From: Octopus bimaculoides
Taxonomy: Eukaryota
Assembly (NCBI RefSeq): GCF_001194135.2
Contig: NC_068988.1
Coordinates: forward strand, 72,941,764-73,005,763
Direction: 5' to 3'
DNA: 64,000 bases
The position numbers and the translations under genes are program-made. Of the stretch, positions 25,101-38,800 are shown piece by piece; position 1 is the stretch's first letter, and each line of letters starts with the position of its first letter. The notes under the pieces are model-generated. The model was not told the origin of the DNA, made no database searches, and worked only from the letters and a program-made list of their open reading frames with translations.

Positions 25101-28100
25101 ATAAGTGGAAAAAGTAAATAAATAAATTTTTTAAAGTTATAACTATTTCCAATAATACAACTTTAGAAACGTATTTCAGTCCAACTTTTTAGCATATCAT
25201 TAAAACTTATCTTCTCATTTCTCAAGTTAACAAGCTTGACCTGCTAGAATTAGCTGCCAGGTCACAAACAAATGTCTTAAAAAGATATTAAATAACTGTG
25301 CTATGTTCTATACATTTGAAATAAAAAAATTTTAAAAAATATGAATACTTTTTAGTCATAGGCTTGCTTTAACAACAACTGGTATAAAGATGAACAAGTG
25401 GTAGCAATTAAAGCATTTATTGTCTATTATCCATGTTGTTAAAATCATTTTAGTGGTGTTTTACACAAGAAATAAAATACAAATTTCAAAACATAAAAAA
25501 AAAGAAATTGCAATGCTTTCAAAAATTTGTTAACTAAACCTATGTTTAATTTAGTTAAATTCTAGAAAAATCATTTAATGTTATATTATTATACTTGGAA
25601 ATGGTGGGTCTTTTTTGCTTCTTTTTTTTGCCACTTAAACACACACACAATATTTATTTGATCTTCACTTAAGTTTTTATTTGTATTTTTTTAGTTTATG
25701 TCTATCAAAGTTCTTCTGTCACACATTCTGTGACAAAAGGACTCATCAGCACCTCTCCTTATCCTGTTTATTCCATTTTGTCCTTCTGTAGCATGCATCA
25801 CTATCTATGAATGTGTTTATGTCTGTATATGTGTGTGTGTTTAGTATGTGCATGTATTTAGATTTCTATATTACAGTTTGTACCTCTGTCTTATCTACTT
25901 ATTTTTTCTTCTCTTTCTTGCTCCATCTTTAGTATGTGTGTCTTGCGTGTGTCATTCATTTATTTTTCTTCATTCTGTTTTTAGTTGTCAGGTTGCATAG
26001 TGTGGTGGAGTGGAGGGTCTCATTACTCCATTCACATTTCCTGTTGGTCTATCTTCTATTAAGTGTAGCCTCCATAATCTGTTTGAGTGCTGTGTCTGTT
26101 TTATGTGTTGATAAGATCCTAACATCTATGTTGTCAACCAAAACTACATGTTGTAATTGAGCATGTTGGCAGAGGACTGAGGAGCTTTTCTCCTCCAGGA
26201 GTTCATTGGTACATAGTGATTTAGCAACTAGTCTTAGGCACCACATTCAGTAAATATATATATCATCATCATCATCACCATTTAATGTCTGTTTTCTATG
26301 CTGGCATGGATTGGATGATGTCACAGGAGCAGGCAAACCAGTGGGTAGTGCCAAGCTCTATTGTCTGATTTGGCAGAGTTTCTATAAGAAAGGATGTGGT
26401 ATGTGCATATTCTGCTCTCAGGTGATTAGAGCTGCTCAGTAGTACTATACATAGGGATGTAATGAGTGTTAGCTGATGAGATGCGAGGGAAAAATGCTTG
26501 ATGAGCTGATAGAATGGAGGTGGAGCAGAGTCCCGCACATATAAGCATTAATAAGGTGGATTTAGGATAGCAATTCTGCTGTGGTGGATGGGTCTTCTTG
26601 AGCACAGCAAGATGCCAGTCATCTCAGTCCTTTGTCATCTCCTCAATAAGGCTCAGCATCTTGAGATCAGCCTTCAATACTTCATCCCATGATTTTCTAG
26701 ATTTCCCTCTTCCACAAATTCCAGCTACTTTGAGTGATCAGCACTTCTTTTATGCAAATTTTCTCGCACATACACACCACATGACCAAAACAGCATAGTC
26801 TTCTCTCTTGTACACTACATAGAATAGATATGCTTCATGAGATGGCACTGGTTTGAGTTAGAGCATGGCAAATAATCAGTCTAGTAGATCATAAAAAAAT
26901 AGTTCATGTTATACAAGAACAAGGGCAAAGACTTACAATAACAGATGTATCTATGTGTACATGTACACATATTTACTAGGTACACATCTCTATAAAAAAT
27001 ATTTTATGCACAAGAAGGAAGTTTACTTACGAGTAAGATTTGGTGATGTAGATGTTTCTAAATTTGAAGTTAAATGGGATCCAGTAACAACTGATGTTGC
27101 CAATATACCATTATTCTCCAAATCTGAATGAGAAACAATATTTGAACAGAAAGTGAACTATTTTAATTACAAAAACAAATATACACTTATTGACATTTAT
27201 CCAGCTTCATATTTTACAGCCACTGTAGATGGCGAGATCTGAAAATTAACAACTGAAGTCTATGATATTTTGATTAACTTCAAAACTTTATGGTAAAATA
27301 AAAAAAAATTTTTTTAACTGGTGATAGTCTGCATCAGTAAAATCAGTGAATAGGAAGATTCAAAATAAGTAAAGTTCATTTGCTGTGATGAGTTTAGAGT
27401 CTACTGGTTCAAGCCTTAACCCAATCAAGATTGAGTAAAGAATGGTGTCGTCATTCAATTCTTTCTATACTAGTGATGCGCATGTGTTTACATTCTTATT
27501 ACATTCAGTCTTCTAATTTTAAAATTCATCAGTCACACTAGGAAAAGAAGAGTAAAACAATAAACAGAGATGCCAAAGCAGGCAAAAAGCAATGAACGGT
27601 TTTGCTCTGAAGATGCTGGTCATTTAATCAAAATAAAACTGAAAATTTGTATCATAAGATGTATTTAATTATCAGTTACACACACTAACACACATATATA
27701 AATATATGAAATTAAATATTAAAACACTTTCATTTTCAAATATTAGTGTTCACATAACATATATATACATAGTTGTTAAGTGAACAAGAATGTGTGNNNN
27801 NNNNNNATATATATATCATAGGCGTAGGAGTGGCTGTGTGGTAAGTAGCTTGCTTACAAACCACATGGTTCCGGGTTCAGTCCCACTGCACAGCACCTTG
27901 GGCAAGTGTCTTCTACTATAGTCTCAGGCCGACCAAAGCCTTGTGGGTGGATTTGGTAGACGGAAACTGAAATGTATATATATGTGTATGTATGTGTTTG
28001 TTCCCCAACATCGCTTGACAACTGATGCTGGTATGTTTACAACCCCGTAACTTAGCGGTTCGGCAAAAGAGACCGATAGAATAAGTACTAGACATCCAAA

Positions 28101-31100
28101 GAATAAGCCCTGGGGTCGATTTGCTCAACTAAAGGCGGTGCTCCAGCATGGCCACAGTCAAATGACTGAAACAAGTAAAAAGAGTAAAAAAAAAAAAAAA
28201 GATATATATATATATTCTTTTACTTGTTTCATTCATTTAACTGCAGCCATGCTGAAGCACTGCCTTTAGTTGAACAAATAGACTCCAGGGCTTATTCTTT
28301 GTAAGCCTAGTACTTATTCTATCGGTCTCTTTTGCCAAACTGCTAAATTATGGTGACGTAAACACCCCAACATCAGTTGTCAAGTGATGGTGGAGGAACA
28401 AACACAGACACATGACTACATACATTTATATATATATATATACTCTCTCTGCTATTCTCTTCTGCCCAGGGCGAAAATGCCCATTCATAATGTACTCTTC
28501 CAGTCGTAGCATATATATCATCATCATCATCATCATCGTTTAACGTCCGCTTTCCATGCTAGCATGGGTTGGACGATTTGACTGAGGACTGGTGAAACCG
28601 GATGGCAACACCAGGCTCCAGTCTGATTTGGCAGTTTCTACAGCTGGATGCCCTTCCTAACGCCAACCGCTCAGAGAGTGTAGTGGGTGCTTTTACGTGT
28701 CACCCGCACGATAAAAATACCTTCTGACATTCCAGCGTTGATATCTACTGGCACCCAGTTATGCACTGCTAAGCTAAGATATTCTCTCGTTTTTTAAGAT
28801 CTTTTCACTCATTCATTCATTATTAATATGCTTTATTTACTAACATCTACTTTCATATGCTAACTCTTTCGTTACCAACCCAGCTGAAACCGGCTCTGGC
28901 TCTGAGTACAAATGTCTTGTTTTCTTAAGTTTTGAACTAAAATCTTCCACCAAACCTTAGTCATAATTTATGTTCCTAACACTAGCTGAACGATAACTAA
29001 GTTATTTTACTAAATTCTTTGTTATATTAAAAGTAATTGAAAGAAACACACAGCATCTCAAAATATATACAGTAATGAAAGGGCTAAATTGACTCTTCAA
29101 AACATAACTTCCTAATCTCTCTCCCTCTCTCTATCAGCCCTAGTTTTCTCCTTAATTCTTCATGTAATTTCCAAATAAAATCTCTCTAATACCCTTAGCT
29201 CACCTTCTCTCCAATATTCCCAAGATGGCTACATATTTTTCATACTATCTCTTACATAACCCTTGCCTCGCTTTTTTTTTTTACTCCATGTTTCATGTCA
29301 GCTAAATATTTTTCATACTATCTCTTAATCCTTCCTTTTACTATGGCTTATTGTGCTATTCTCTTCTGCCCAGGGCAAAAATGCCCATTCATAATGTCCA
29401 CTTTCGGTCATAGCATATATATAAAAATACCTTCTCACATGTCCCTCTCAGATTTTCATGCAACTCATTCCAGCATTAATATCTACTGGCACTGCTAAGC
29501 CAAGATATTCTCTCGTTTTTTCGATCTTTTCACTCATTCATTCATTATTAATATGCATTATTTACTTATATCTATTTCCATAAGGTAATTATTTGAATTG
29601 ACTCTTCAATATATAACTTCCTAATCTCTTTCTTTCTCTCTCTCTCTCTCTCTCTCAGCCTTAGTTTTCTCCTTAATTCTTCAAATAATTTCCAAATGAA
29701 ATCTCTCTAATATTCTTCGCTCTCCTTCCCTCCCATGTTCCTAAGTTGGCTACATATTTGTTCACANNNNNNNNNNNNNNNNNNNNNNNNNNNNNNNNNN
29801 NNNNNNNNNNNNNNNNNNNNNNNNNNNNNNNNNNNNNNNNNNNNNNNNNNNNNNNNNNNNNNNNNNNNNNNNNNNNNNNNNNNNNNNNNNNNNNNNNNNN
29901 NNNNNNNNNNNNNNNNNNNNNNNNNNNNNNNNNNNNNNNNNNNNNNNNNNNNNNNNNNNNNNNNNNNNNNNNNNNNNNNNNNNNNNNNNNNNNNNNNNNN
30001 NNNNNNNNNNNNNNNNNNNNNNNNNNNNNNNNNNNNNNNNNNNNNNNNNNNNNNNNNNNNNNNNNNNNNNNNTGTTTCAGTCATTTGACTGCTGCCATGC
30101 TGGAGCACCACCTTTAGTCGAGCAAATTGACCCCAGGACTTATTCATTGTAAGCCTAGTACTTATTCTATCGATATCTTTTGCCGAACCGCTAAGTTACG
30201 GTAACGTAAAGACACCAGCATCGGTTGTCAAACGATGTTGGAGGGACAAACACAGACACAAAAACACATATATATACATATATATACAACGGGCTTCTTT
30301 CAGTTTCCGTCTACCAAATCCACTCACAAGGCTTTGGTCGGCCCGAGGTTATAGTAGAAGACACTTACCCAAGATGCCACGCAATGGGACTGAACCCAGA
30401 GCCATGTGGTTGGTAAGCAAGCTACTTACCACACAGCCACTCCTGCGCCTATGTCTACTTAAATTTATGATGTTCATAATGCTTATACTTACAACACCAC
30501 TAACACTTACTCCTACTCCTACTCCTGGTAGAGGCAACAATCTTAACATGCTTGAATTTTTGAATGATGACAGGTCAAAAGTGAGAACAAGTGTAGCATG
30601 TCTATCAAACAAACATGGAAACCTTCTTTTCAGGCACTGAAGAACATCTTCCTTTCCCATGCCTCCTCCCACATTCCTTTCCCAGTTTTTAGAGTTGGCA
30701 CTGTCAATGTAGGCACACTGAAAGGTAGGTTTAGTGGGGGTAACAAGTATTGTACCAGATAGCAAGAAGGGAGGCTAGGAGACAGGAATATATAGCCAAG
30801 GGAAAAGCAGAAAAGAAGAAGTTTGCCAAAGTTCAGCAACGTGAGCACCACTGACATCATCATAAAACCGGCCGACAAAGGTGGAACCGTGGTGGTGTGG
30901 CGTGTGGACCTCTACAAGGCAGAAGCTTTCCGCCATCTTCAAGACACCTCCTTCTACTGCCCTCTGACCCTACGCCCAGCTACCAACAGACTGTGTCCTC
31001 CACTATCCATGACTTCNNNNNNNNNNNNNNNNNNNNNNNNNNNNNNNNNNNNNNNNNNNNNNNNNNNNNNNNNNNNNNNNNNNNNNNNNNNNNNNNNNNN

Positions 31101-34100
31101 NNNNNNNNNNNNNNNNNNNNNNNNNNNNNNNNNNNNNNNNNNNNNNNNNNNNNNNNNNNNNNNNNNNNNNNNNNNNNNNNNNNNNNNNNNNNNNNNNNNN
31201 NNNNNNNNNNNNNNNNNNNNNNNNNNNNNNNNNNNNNNNNNNNNNNNNNNNNNNNNNNNNNNNNNNNNNNNNNNNNNNNNNNNNNNNNNNNNNNNNNNNN
31301 NNNNNNNNNNNNNNNNNNNNNNNNNNNNNNNNNNNNNNNNNNNNNNNNNNNNNNNNNNNNNNNNNNNNNNNCTTTACACGGTGATCCCTCATCACGAGGG
31401 GCTGCATGCACTCCAACCCAACCCCCAACCCGACACATCCACACTCGTTCGTCTCGCCAAACTTGTCCTCTCACTCAACTGCTTCTTGTTCGCTGGTATT
31501 TTTACCAGCAGCCCTCGGGAGTGGCCGTGGGAACAAAAATGGGCCCCAACTATGCGAACCTGTTTGTTGGCTACATTGAGGCCCAAATATTCTCAAATTT
31601 CACTGGTCCCACTCCCGAACTATATGGCCATTATATTGACGACTGTATTGGTGCAACCTCACTCTCCCGCGAACATCTAGACTCCTTCCTCACTTTTGTC
31701 AAATCTTAGAAGCTACTAAGGCATCAGGATAAAAGAACCAAGTGAACCAAGGATTAACCTAAAGGACCACAAGAAAAACTTCCATAATAATCCTACTGTA
31801 AGACTAATTTGCCCGACTAAGTCCGATATTGGCTGACTTAGCAAATCTATTCTGGATAATATACAACCTAGCTCTCAAATTATGGTTTGATACAGATGAA
31901 GTAATACACTGGTTTGAATCCATTGATAACATAAGTAATTATTCTTTTATTCAATTTGACATTAACAGTTATTATTCCAGTATATCTCCTATTCTTCTCA
32001 ACAAATCTCTAATTTTTGCTAAAAACCTCTCGCTAGGGATAAAATTGACATTATTCTTTTAGCTAGGACTACAATAGAATTTGAGAGTAAACTCTGGACG
32101 AGGGCTGATACCCCCAAAAACTTTGATATGGCCATGGGCTCAAGTGACTCACCTTTTAAGGTGCCTCAATAGAGAAATCCCTGAATTACAGGGAGGTTTA
32201 TATAGAGATGATGTTCTATTTATCATCCCAAGCAACAACAAATCAGTCACAGAAAGAATGAGAAAAACAATTAGAAAATTTTTCAAAAGCTTTAACTTAG
32301 GCATTACATATGAATATGGCACAAAGATAGTAAATTTTTTTAGATACTACTTTAGACATAAACTCTAGTTTATACCACCCCTATAGGAAACCAGGTGAGG
32401 TTACAAGATACATGAACAAATGATCAAATGTGTTAAAATCGGTAGTTAAAAGTATTCCTAGGAGAATTACAAAATTATCATCAAATAATGATATTCCTAC
32501 CACTACAATGTTGCTTTGTCTAAGGCGGGATATGACCAGGAAATTACTTTTCTTAGTCCTGAAAGTTCAGCACCTTTTAATAGTGGAAATAATGATAGTG
32601 TGAGTAATAGAAGGACTACTAACTTATGTAGTTGTGAAAAAATACCAAATGAAAAAAGCAGCCTACAAACATAACAACTTAAATAATAGAATAAGCTTCA
32701 ACAGGAAATGGGATACTAAAACAGGAATGAAGCTTAGGTAAGATAATAAGGGTAGTGATGGGGAAAGTATTGGTTACTCCTCCCTACATGGATATGAAAT
32801 CTACTGAAAATATAAACATACCTATTAATCAAGGTATGATTCTAGAGAGCAGGGATAAGACAGATAGATCCCACCCTCACTTACACCAAAAATTTGAAGG
32901 TAAGAACTTCATCTAGTTCAATATCCCGTACCATTGTGCCTTATCCACAAACATATATATGAAATTTATAGCTATTTTAGAAAAAAACTTCCCCACTTCC
33001 TATAGATATAATAGAATCTTTTCACATAAGACAGTTAGAATCTCATATTCTACTCTTCCCAATATGGGTACCATCATAGCTAAAGAATATAAAATTAGAT
33101 AAAGTTGATAATAATAATAATAATAATAATAGCACTGTCAACTATAACGTAAACCCCCAAAATGAGAATAGTAATATTAATGATGAAGTGGAAAATAGAA
33201 GTGACAGTGGTAATACTTCTAATATAAACAATATAGATAGTAGTTCTGGTGCCTATACGAGCATAAACATTATTGGTATGCCTGTTGATGTAGAGGCAGA
33301 TTTAAATGATACTACAATTGAGGGGAGAGGTAGATAATAACAGACATGAACATAATATACTTGATAATACAAATATTAATAGTGAAAATATTTATAACTA
33401 GCAGTATAACCCGACCTTGTCCGAGTGTGACTTATTACGCCATCTACGATAAGTTTTGCTAGGTGAAAATCAACTAAAAAAGAAAGCCTTACAACAAAAA
33501 AACCCTTATGATGTAAATATGTTCATAATTCAAAAGACCATGAAATTAATAGGGAAAGTCTGAAGGCTGTTTTGTGTAACATTATTAAGCGTACGTAAAT
33601 TTCATCCGTCTAATTGGCTATAGAAATGCTTGTGCAAAACAACTTTTTGTGCTGCCCTGATTATACTTTTTGCAAGAGCTAGGACGGCAATTTGTGATGA
33701 AGCAATTGCTGGCAGTTATAAAATAGCAATGCGTGCGCGTGTTTATATAAGCAAGTTGTTGTTGTTGGCACTCCGTCGCTTACGACGTCGAGGGTTCCAG
33801 TTGATCCGATCAACGGAACAGCCTGCTCGTGAAATTAACGTTCAACTGGCTAAGCACTCCGCAGACACATGTACCCTTAACGTAGTTCTTGGGGATATTC
33901 AGCATGAAACAGTGTGACAAGGCTGACCCTTTGAACCACAGGCACAACAGTATTTCTCCTAGTTGCAACTGATAACTAACATCCTGATTTAAGATTTTCC
34001 TTTACTAAATCTCATTATATTGCTTCAAATTAATCTTGATAATTTTATAACTATATCCTCTATGATTTCTGTCGACTCCCTCATCCCCTTTCCTAACAGA

Positions 34101-35848
34101 CACTGCTCCTTGTTCCTTGGCCTTAGATTTTGATATACAAAGATTTGATAAACAAGACTATAAATTAAAACTGACCCCAAAAAACAGTGGCCAGCTAGAT
34201 CTCTAAAAAGTTTTCTTCTTGATGCCTTAGTAGCTTCTAAGATGAAGTGAAGACAGCATGTAAACAATTGGATTTGAAAAATTATCTGAACTTACATAAG
34301 AAAATTAAAAAGATGAACACTAAAAGACAGGGACTTACTTGTTTGGCTAAAACCTGAAATTGACACTGGTCCAGATGCACTTAAGCTCTGAAAATAAGGG
34401 CTACCACCAAACACATTATAATTTGGATTCCTGTAATAAAAAAATAAAATAAAATAAAATTTATTATTGTAATTGATAAAAGCTATATACGAAAGTAAAT
34501 ATAAAAATAAAAAGATTGATAAAAAATAGAAATACCAGCATGGAACGTTAGTAAACCAATATCAAATGAAGGTTACCTTTCAATTGTCAATAAAATAAAT
34601 AATAGAGAAGAGTTAAATAGTTTCATGAACTTAGGCTCTTGGGAGGCCTGATCTCATCCTAATTCCCACAGTTGTTCATGCAAAATATAAAACACTCAAA
34701 TGCATTAATACTGCAACCAAATCTGTCAAAAATTTCTACTGTTTTAAGTTATAGTTTTAAGCTCTAATAATAATATGTCCCAAAACAAGCAGAATTAATT
34801 GAATTTAAAATGAAACCAATATAAGTTACATAAAAATTAAGTGGTAGATTTGGACAGTGCAGTTGACAGTTAGTATGGAATTTAAAAACCCTGAATTTGA
34901 ACCTCGATAATGATTAGGTATTTTCATAAACTTTAGTTCAATGAAAGGTTATGTATCAGCTGTATATTAAGGCCAATGGTAGAAATTATGCAGTATAAGT
35001 CATGTTGGTTATATGATCACTCATATTAATGTACATTGGATGTGTACCTAATATTGTAGTGATAGCAAAACAAACAATTTCAGAATATTTTTAAAACATT
35101 CTCTATAGCCTTCATTATTGTCATTAAATAAGCAAGGAAAAACTTTTGAGACAAAAACACAGAATACTATTTTTCTTTCATTTCTTTGGGTGGCAGGGTT
35201 CACTCACAGAAGAGATGTAGCTCTCTCTACATCATAGTAAAGACAATACTTCAAAACAAGTAGAGATTGAAATAAAATCAGACACTTTCTAAGAACATGT
35301 CTATATAATAAGTAGCCAACAAGCAGCACTGAAGACTACATTGCCAAGATGATGATTAACAAGACTACAATGTTAAGAGTTGTCTATATTGCTTGTTTGA
35401 CCAGAGAATGACATTACCTAACCTCTAAGAAAATTCCCCAATCACTGCATTTAACTCTATTAAGATTAGTTTTGTGCCTTATGTTTGATAAATTAACTTC
35501 ACTAGTGGTGGTGTTATAATAAACCAGCAGTTGGCAATATAAAAAGGTTATTTAGTCATGAAAACTTAGTTAAAATCATTCTCAAAATACATATAAATAA
35601 TTTTCTTTCCTAATAAGAAAAAATTAGATCAGTAATGGTGGATGAAAACAGCATAATTAAAACTGGGACCAGCAATGATGTGGAATGTAAAAATCTGACT
35701 AGACTTTTCTGAATTACCAAACAAAATAAATAAATGCTTCAGATTAGGCATATTATGCACACCAATTTAAAAGTCATAAGATTACTACGCTATAAACAGA
35801 AAGTCCAACTATGCAAAAATAAAAAAAAATTACAGACCACCATATATT

Positions 35849-35889
<41 letters not shown>

Positions 35890-38800
35890 NNNNNNNNNNN
35901 NNNNNNNNNNNNNNNNNNNNNNNNNNNNNNNNNNNNNNNNACACACATACACACATGCACACACACACACACACACATATATATATTCACACATACATAC
36001 ATACACACTAAATGATACACCTTGAAAAAATATAATTTCTTATAACATCAGATTTAAGAAAATTTAAAAGGTTTGTTTCACAGAGAACATGTGAGTCTTA
36101 CATTTTCAAATCAAATTTTTGTGGCATGATAAAATGAAGAACTTAAAAATGTTTTTACTTGTCTTCCCTTTAAGATTGTTATAGCTCACATTTTTTTATT
36201 CATCCTATCATATAAATCCTATTATCATAACATAAATTTGTGTTAGTACTTGTATTTGGATTTGGTCATTTTTCTTTTCTTTTTTTTTTTTTGCCAATTA
36301 ACCACAAACTATATATTTATTCTTCACTTCAGCTTTATTATTATTATTATTCCTATTTTAGTGTCCTTCATCTGAAATCTTTTGTCACATATTCTGTGAC
36401 CTTTTCAGCAACTTACCATCCCATGTGTCTTCTCCTGTTGAGAGTCACTGAAGAGGTCACAGGATGTGTGACAAAAGATTTCAGATGAAGGACACTAAAA
36501 TAAGAATAATAATAAAACTGAAGTGAAGGACAAGTATATAGTGCATGTAGCTAATTCACAGAAAAAAAAAGACCATCTCCAAATATAACAATATGTTTCA
36601 ACACACAATTTCACATCAGGAATCTTGCTAAACAAGTACATGTATTAGTACTGTTTATTGGTCTCTTTTTACATAATGTAATGCAGTGTACAATGGATGT
36701 TAAGGTTAAATATATTTGAATACAGTTCACAAATATGAAAAAGAGATATATAAATGTGGCATATAAAACCTAACATTTAGGTTATAATGCAAGAAATTAT
36801 ATTTTCTCAAGAAGCATCATATATGTAAGCAGGAAGTGAAAAAACAGTTCTCATTTCTCTTTTGTATAATTAGAATCTCCAAATACTGTTTTGAAAAATA
36901 AATGAAAAAAAAAACAAAACAGCATCTACTTTATTCATTTTGATAATTCAGGAAAGCAAATGTACATTTTTACATTTCCCATTATTGCTAGTCTCAGTAT
37001 TAATTATACCACTTTCATCTATGCTAAAATATAAATCTTACCCAAGTGGACCAGATGTGATGGGAGCATCTGATTTTTTCTGCGCCAAAGTTTTCTTGCT
37101 GTCAGAGGGAGACATGTCTGAAGAAGATGATGGTGATGTAGTAGCCAAAATATCTTTATTACTTTTGCTTTTGTTATTGTTAGATGACTGCTGACATTTG
37201 TTCTTCTTGTTTTTCTTATCTTGTTTTTCTGCAGATCTTTACAACAGAGAATAGAAATAAGTAGTTTGTAAATATAGAAAATTAAAAAGTAAACAAAAAA
37301 ATATGAACAAATATTTATATACTATTTATTTTAGGAAAATACTAATTAGACATTATAAGCACAAATTTTAATCTGAAAGAACAATAGGCTATACCAGTAC
37401 ACTTGTTGGGGTGAAGGTTTCAGTTTCAAATTAGTGTATAATATCTAATAACATTTTTATTAAAATGTTAACCATTAATTTACAAATTAGGAATCAGTAC
37501 TGTCTTCAGCCTCAACAATTCCTTATATCCCTCCAGACAATAGTACAAGTTCAGGACATGCTAATGATTTGGTATTGTAACAGAATTAATCAAAAACTGC
37601 AGTAAACTTCCCAAGCCTGATGGAATGAGATAAAGTTCAAAAGTCTGAAGATCAAAATGATAAATACCAAAATACTAGTTAATACCAACAAGCACAAAAT
37701 CCCAAAGTAGGAAGGAAATAAAAGCTGCACACTCAATGGAACATATAGAAAATAGATTCTCTCAATGTCTGGGGGGATCCTTAGAAAGAGTAGATAGCTA
37801 CCATTACCTAGGCGACCAAATTAGTAGTGGAGGAGGAAGCTCCAAAAGCATAGTTGCTAGAATAAAAATAGGCCGGGCAAAGTTCAGAGAGCTGCTACCT
37901 TTGTTAGTAACACAGGACCTCTCCCTCAAAGTGAAAGGCAGATTGTATAATGCCTGTGTCCAAACAACTATGCTACATAGCAGTGAAACATGGGCTGTGA
38001 CTACATGGGACAAGCAAAGGTTTGAAAGAAATGAAACCAGCATGCTCTGCTGGATGGATAATGTCAGTGTGCATGTACAACAGAGTGTAAACGATTTAAG
38101 AGAAAAATTGGGTATAAGAGGCATGAGAAGTAGTGTGAAAGAGAGAAGGCTACATAAAGTGATCTCTGATTGTGAAGGGAGCCTGTGGAAAGGGGAGACC
38201 AAGGAAGATGTGAGACAAAATGGTGAGAAAAGATCTTCAGTTATTCAGTCTCACTGAGGAAATTACAAGAGACTGAAACATTTAATGATTTGTTGTGCTA
38301 CAGAAGACACAAGTTAAGTAAAATCATATCCTTTACGGCCATAACCCTACTCCCTCTCACAAAATTCTGTCCTCTGGTAAACCTCATACACAACCATCTC
38401 CCCAACACCTCCACCAGCCACTGCACCTCGCCCCCGTTCAACATCACTTGCTATCTCTAAATATTTCCCCTCACACACTTATGGTACATCTCCTCTATCC
38501 CCTCTGTGCTACCTATACTCAACAACCTCTGTTCCTTGTCAGTAGACCCTCTCTTGGTCTCTTTATCTTTATCTCTGTCCCACCTCCCTATGCTTCCTTG
38601 TTCTACTGAGGTAGCCAAGTATCTCCCTTGTAGTAATAGAGCTATCCCTGACCCTCTATCATATTCCAACCTCTTGTCTGGCACACGGCCACTCTCACTC
38701 TCGTCTTGCAGGCCTCTTGGCAACCCCATGAGTACTTGGCCAGCACCACGTAATAAGCACCTGTACCAGTACCATGTAGAAAGCACCTGTGCTAGCACCA

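Larger units (their letters stand above)
28450..29766. repeat. Local tandem duplication (about 450-bp unit, two copies); the first copy carries two later insertions
   Basis: gctattctcttctgcccaggg...gatattctctcgtttttt...attgactcttcaa...ggctacatattt occurs at about 28450-29240 and about 29355-29766. Confidence 0.85.

Noticed and set aside
25712-25749. Minus-strand CTGATGAGTCC followed by a long stem, hammerhead-like
   Set aside because: No GAAA after the stem and no stem I or III.
27821-27895. tRNA-like A and B boxes as a tRNA gene
   Set aside because: No complete cloverleaf. It continues into the SINE body and is multi-copy.
30100-30110. SINE 11-mer (ctggagcacca) complementary to the octapeptide exon as an editing-complementary sequence
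   Set aside because: It is only 11 bp, 9 kb away, and was noticed post hoc. That is too weak to support a duplex.
33630-33917. 95-aa plus-strand ORF
   Set aside because: It spans the junction of two repeats, has a TTG start and shows no recognisable domain.
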